NCBI RefSeq assembly: GCF_001194135.2
Contig: NC_068981.1
Location: 58,949,113 to 59,013,112 of the forward strand
Length of the DNA stretch: 64,000 nt
Direction: 5' to 3'
DNA from: Octopus bimaculoides
Lineage: Eukaryota
The notes under the pieces are model-generated. The model did no database searches, was not told where the DNA came from, and worked only from the letters and a program-made list of their open reading frames with translations. Positions 63,261-64,000 of this stretch are shown here, one piece after another; position 1 is the stretch's first letter, and each line of letters begins with the position of its first letter. The translations under genes were made by a program, and so were the position numbers.

Positions 63261-64000
63261 AATCAAGTTTAAGGTAACTGGTAAGTGTAATAAGAAAATA
63301 TGAAGAAAAGAAGACAACCTTTTCTCCTTATATAACAAGAAATATATTTCAAATTAGAAGTTGACTACCCTTAGGAACAAAGGTTTAGAGACGGATAAAA
63401 CAACAGAAAAAACCCCAGAATTCCAAAATATATTAAAGAAACGGACAGAAAATCACTTTATAATAAAAAATAACAATGGAAATAAACTTTTACTGTGTAG
63501 TTAATAAGATTTGTATATATGATAATGAGTCCACAACGCTTAAAATCCATATGCTTTTTTCAATAGTATGAAATAATAATAATAAAATATAGTTAGTAGT
63601 TTCAGTAAGCTGTCCTTAGGCAGGCATTCTGCCGTTATCGCAGTTCAATAAGTCTTACCATCAGCTTTCGTAAGGATAACATACTTAAACAAGCTATTCG
63701 TTTCGGCGATCCTTTGATCTCGAACAACATTTCACGAAATGAAAGTTAATGCTATTTGACGCAATTGTGTTTTTATGGGATTACAACTTTCTTTATTGCT
63801 TCTCGTATAGCTGGGTGTGAAATATAATTGAAATAAAATAGGATTAAGCGTAAAGAAATTTAATGGATAAACTACAATAGCAGTACAATAATAGTTTAAG
63901 AACAGCTAATATATGTATTATTCTTTTGAGCTTTTGAAAAAAGCATCTTATTTCAAAATATTTGACTTTGAAATTTAAACTGAAAGAACTTATATATATA

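Overview
AT-rich, microsatellite-dense, gap-ridden animal DNA. The SINE and LINE families present suggest an octopod cephalopod (Octopus sp.); this is inferred from recalled repeat families, not tested. There is one credible host gene: an intact class A GPCR of the FMRFamide-receptor-like/orphan peptide-receptor group, with its whole ORF in one exon (30904-32010, minus strand) and a probable 5' UTR intron. The rest is decayed mobile DNA: tRNA-derived SINEs; Tx1/L1, CR1-Zenon, R4/Dong and RTE LINE remnants; Penelope-like remnants; four mariner-type elements; one Tc1; one DD37D/maT half; one Tigger/pogo; MITE/fold-back elements; and a 164-bp solo-LTR-like insert. Most long ORFs in the supplied track are microsatellite or N-gap artefacts. 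The most interesting unexplained signals are (1) type I hammerhead-ribozyme folds at 6371-6427 (near-complete, variant core CCGACGA, followed by a run of small hairpins), 22257-22430 (canonical core, with an antisense-to-core segment in loop II) and a decayed one at 18305-18400; (2) an RTE LINE whose ORF ends in three tandem C2H2 zinc fingers; and (3) several long near-perfect palindromes. Element boundaries are read by eye and are approximate unless TIRs or TSDs are quoted.
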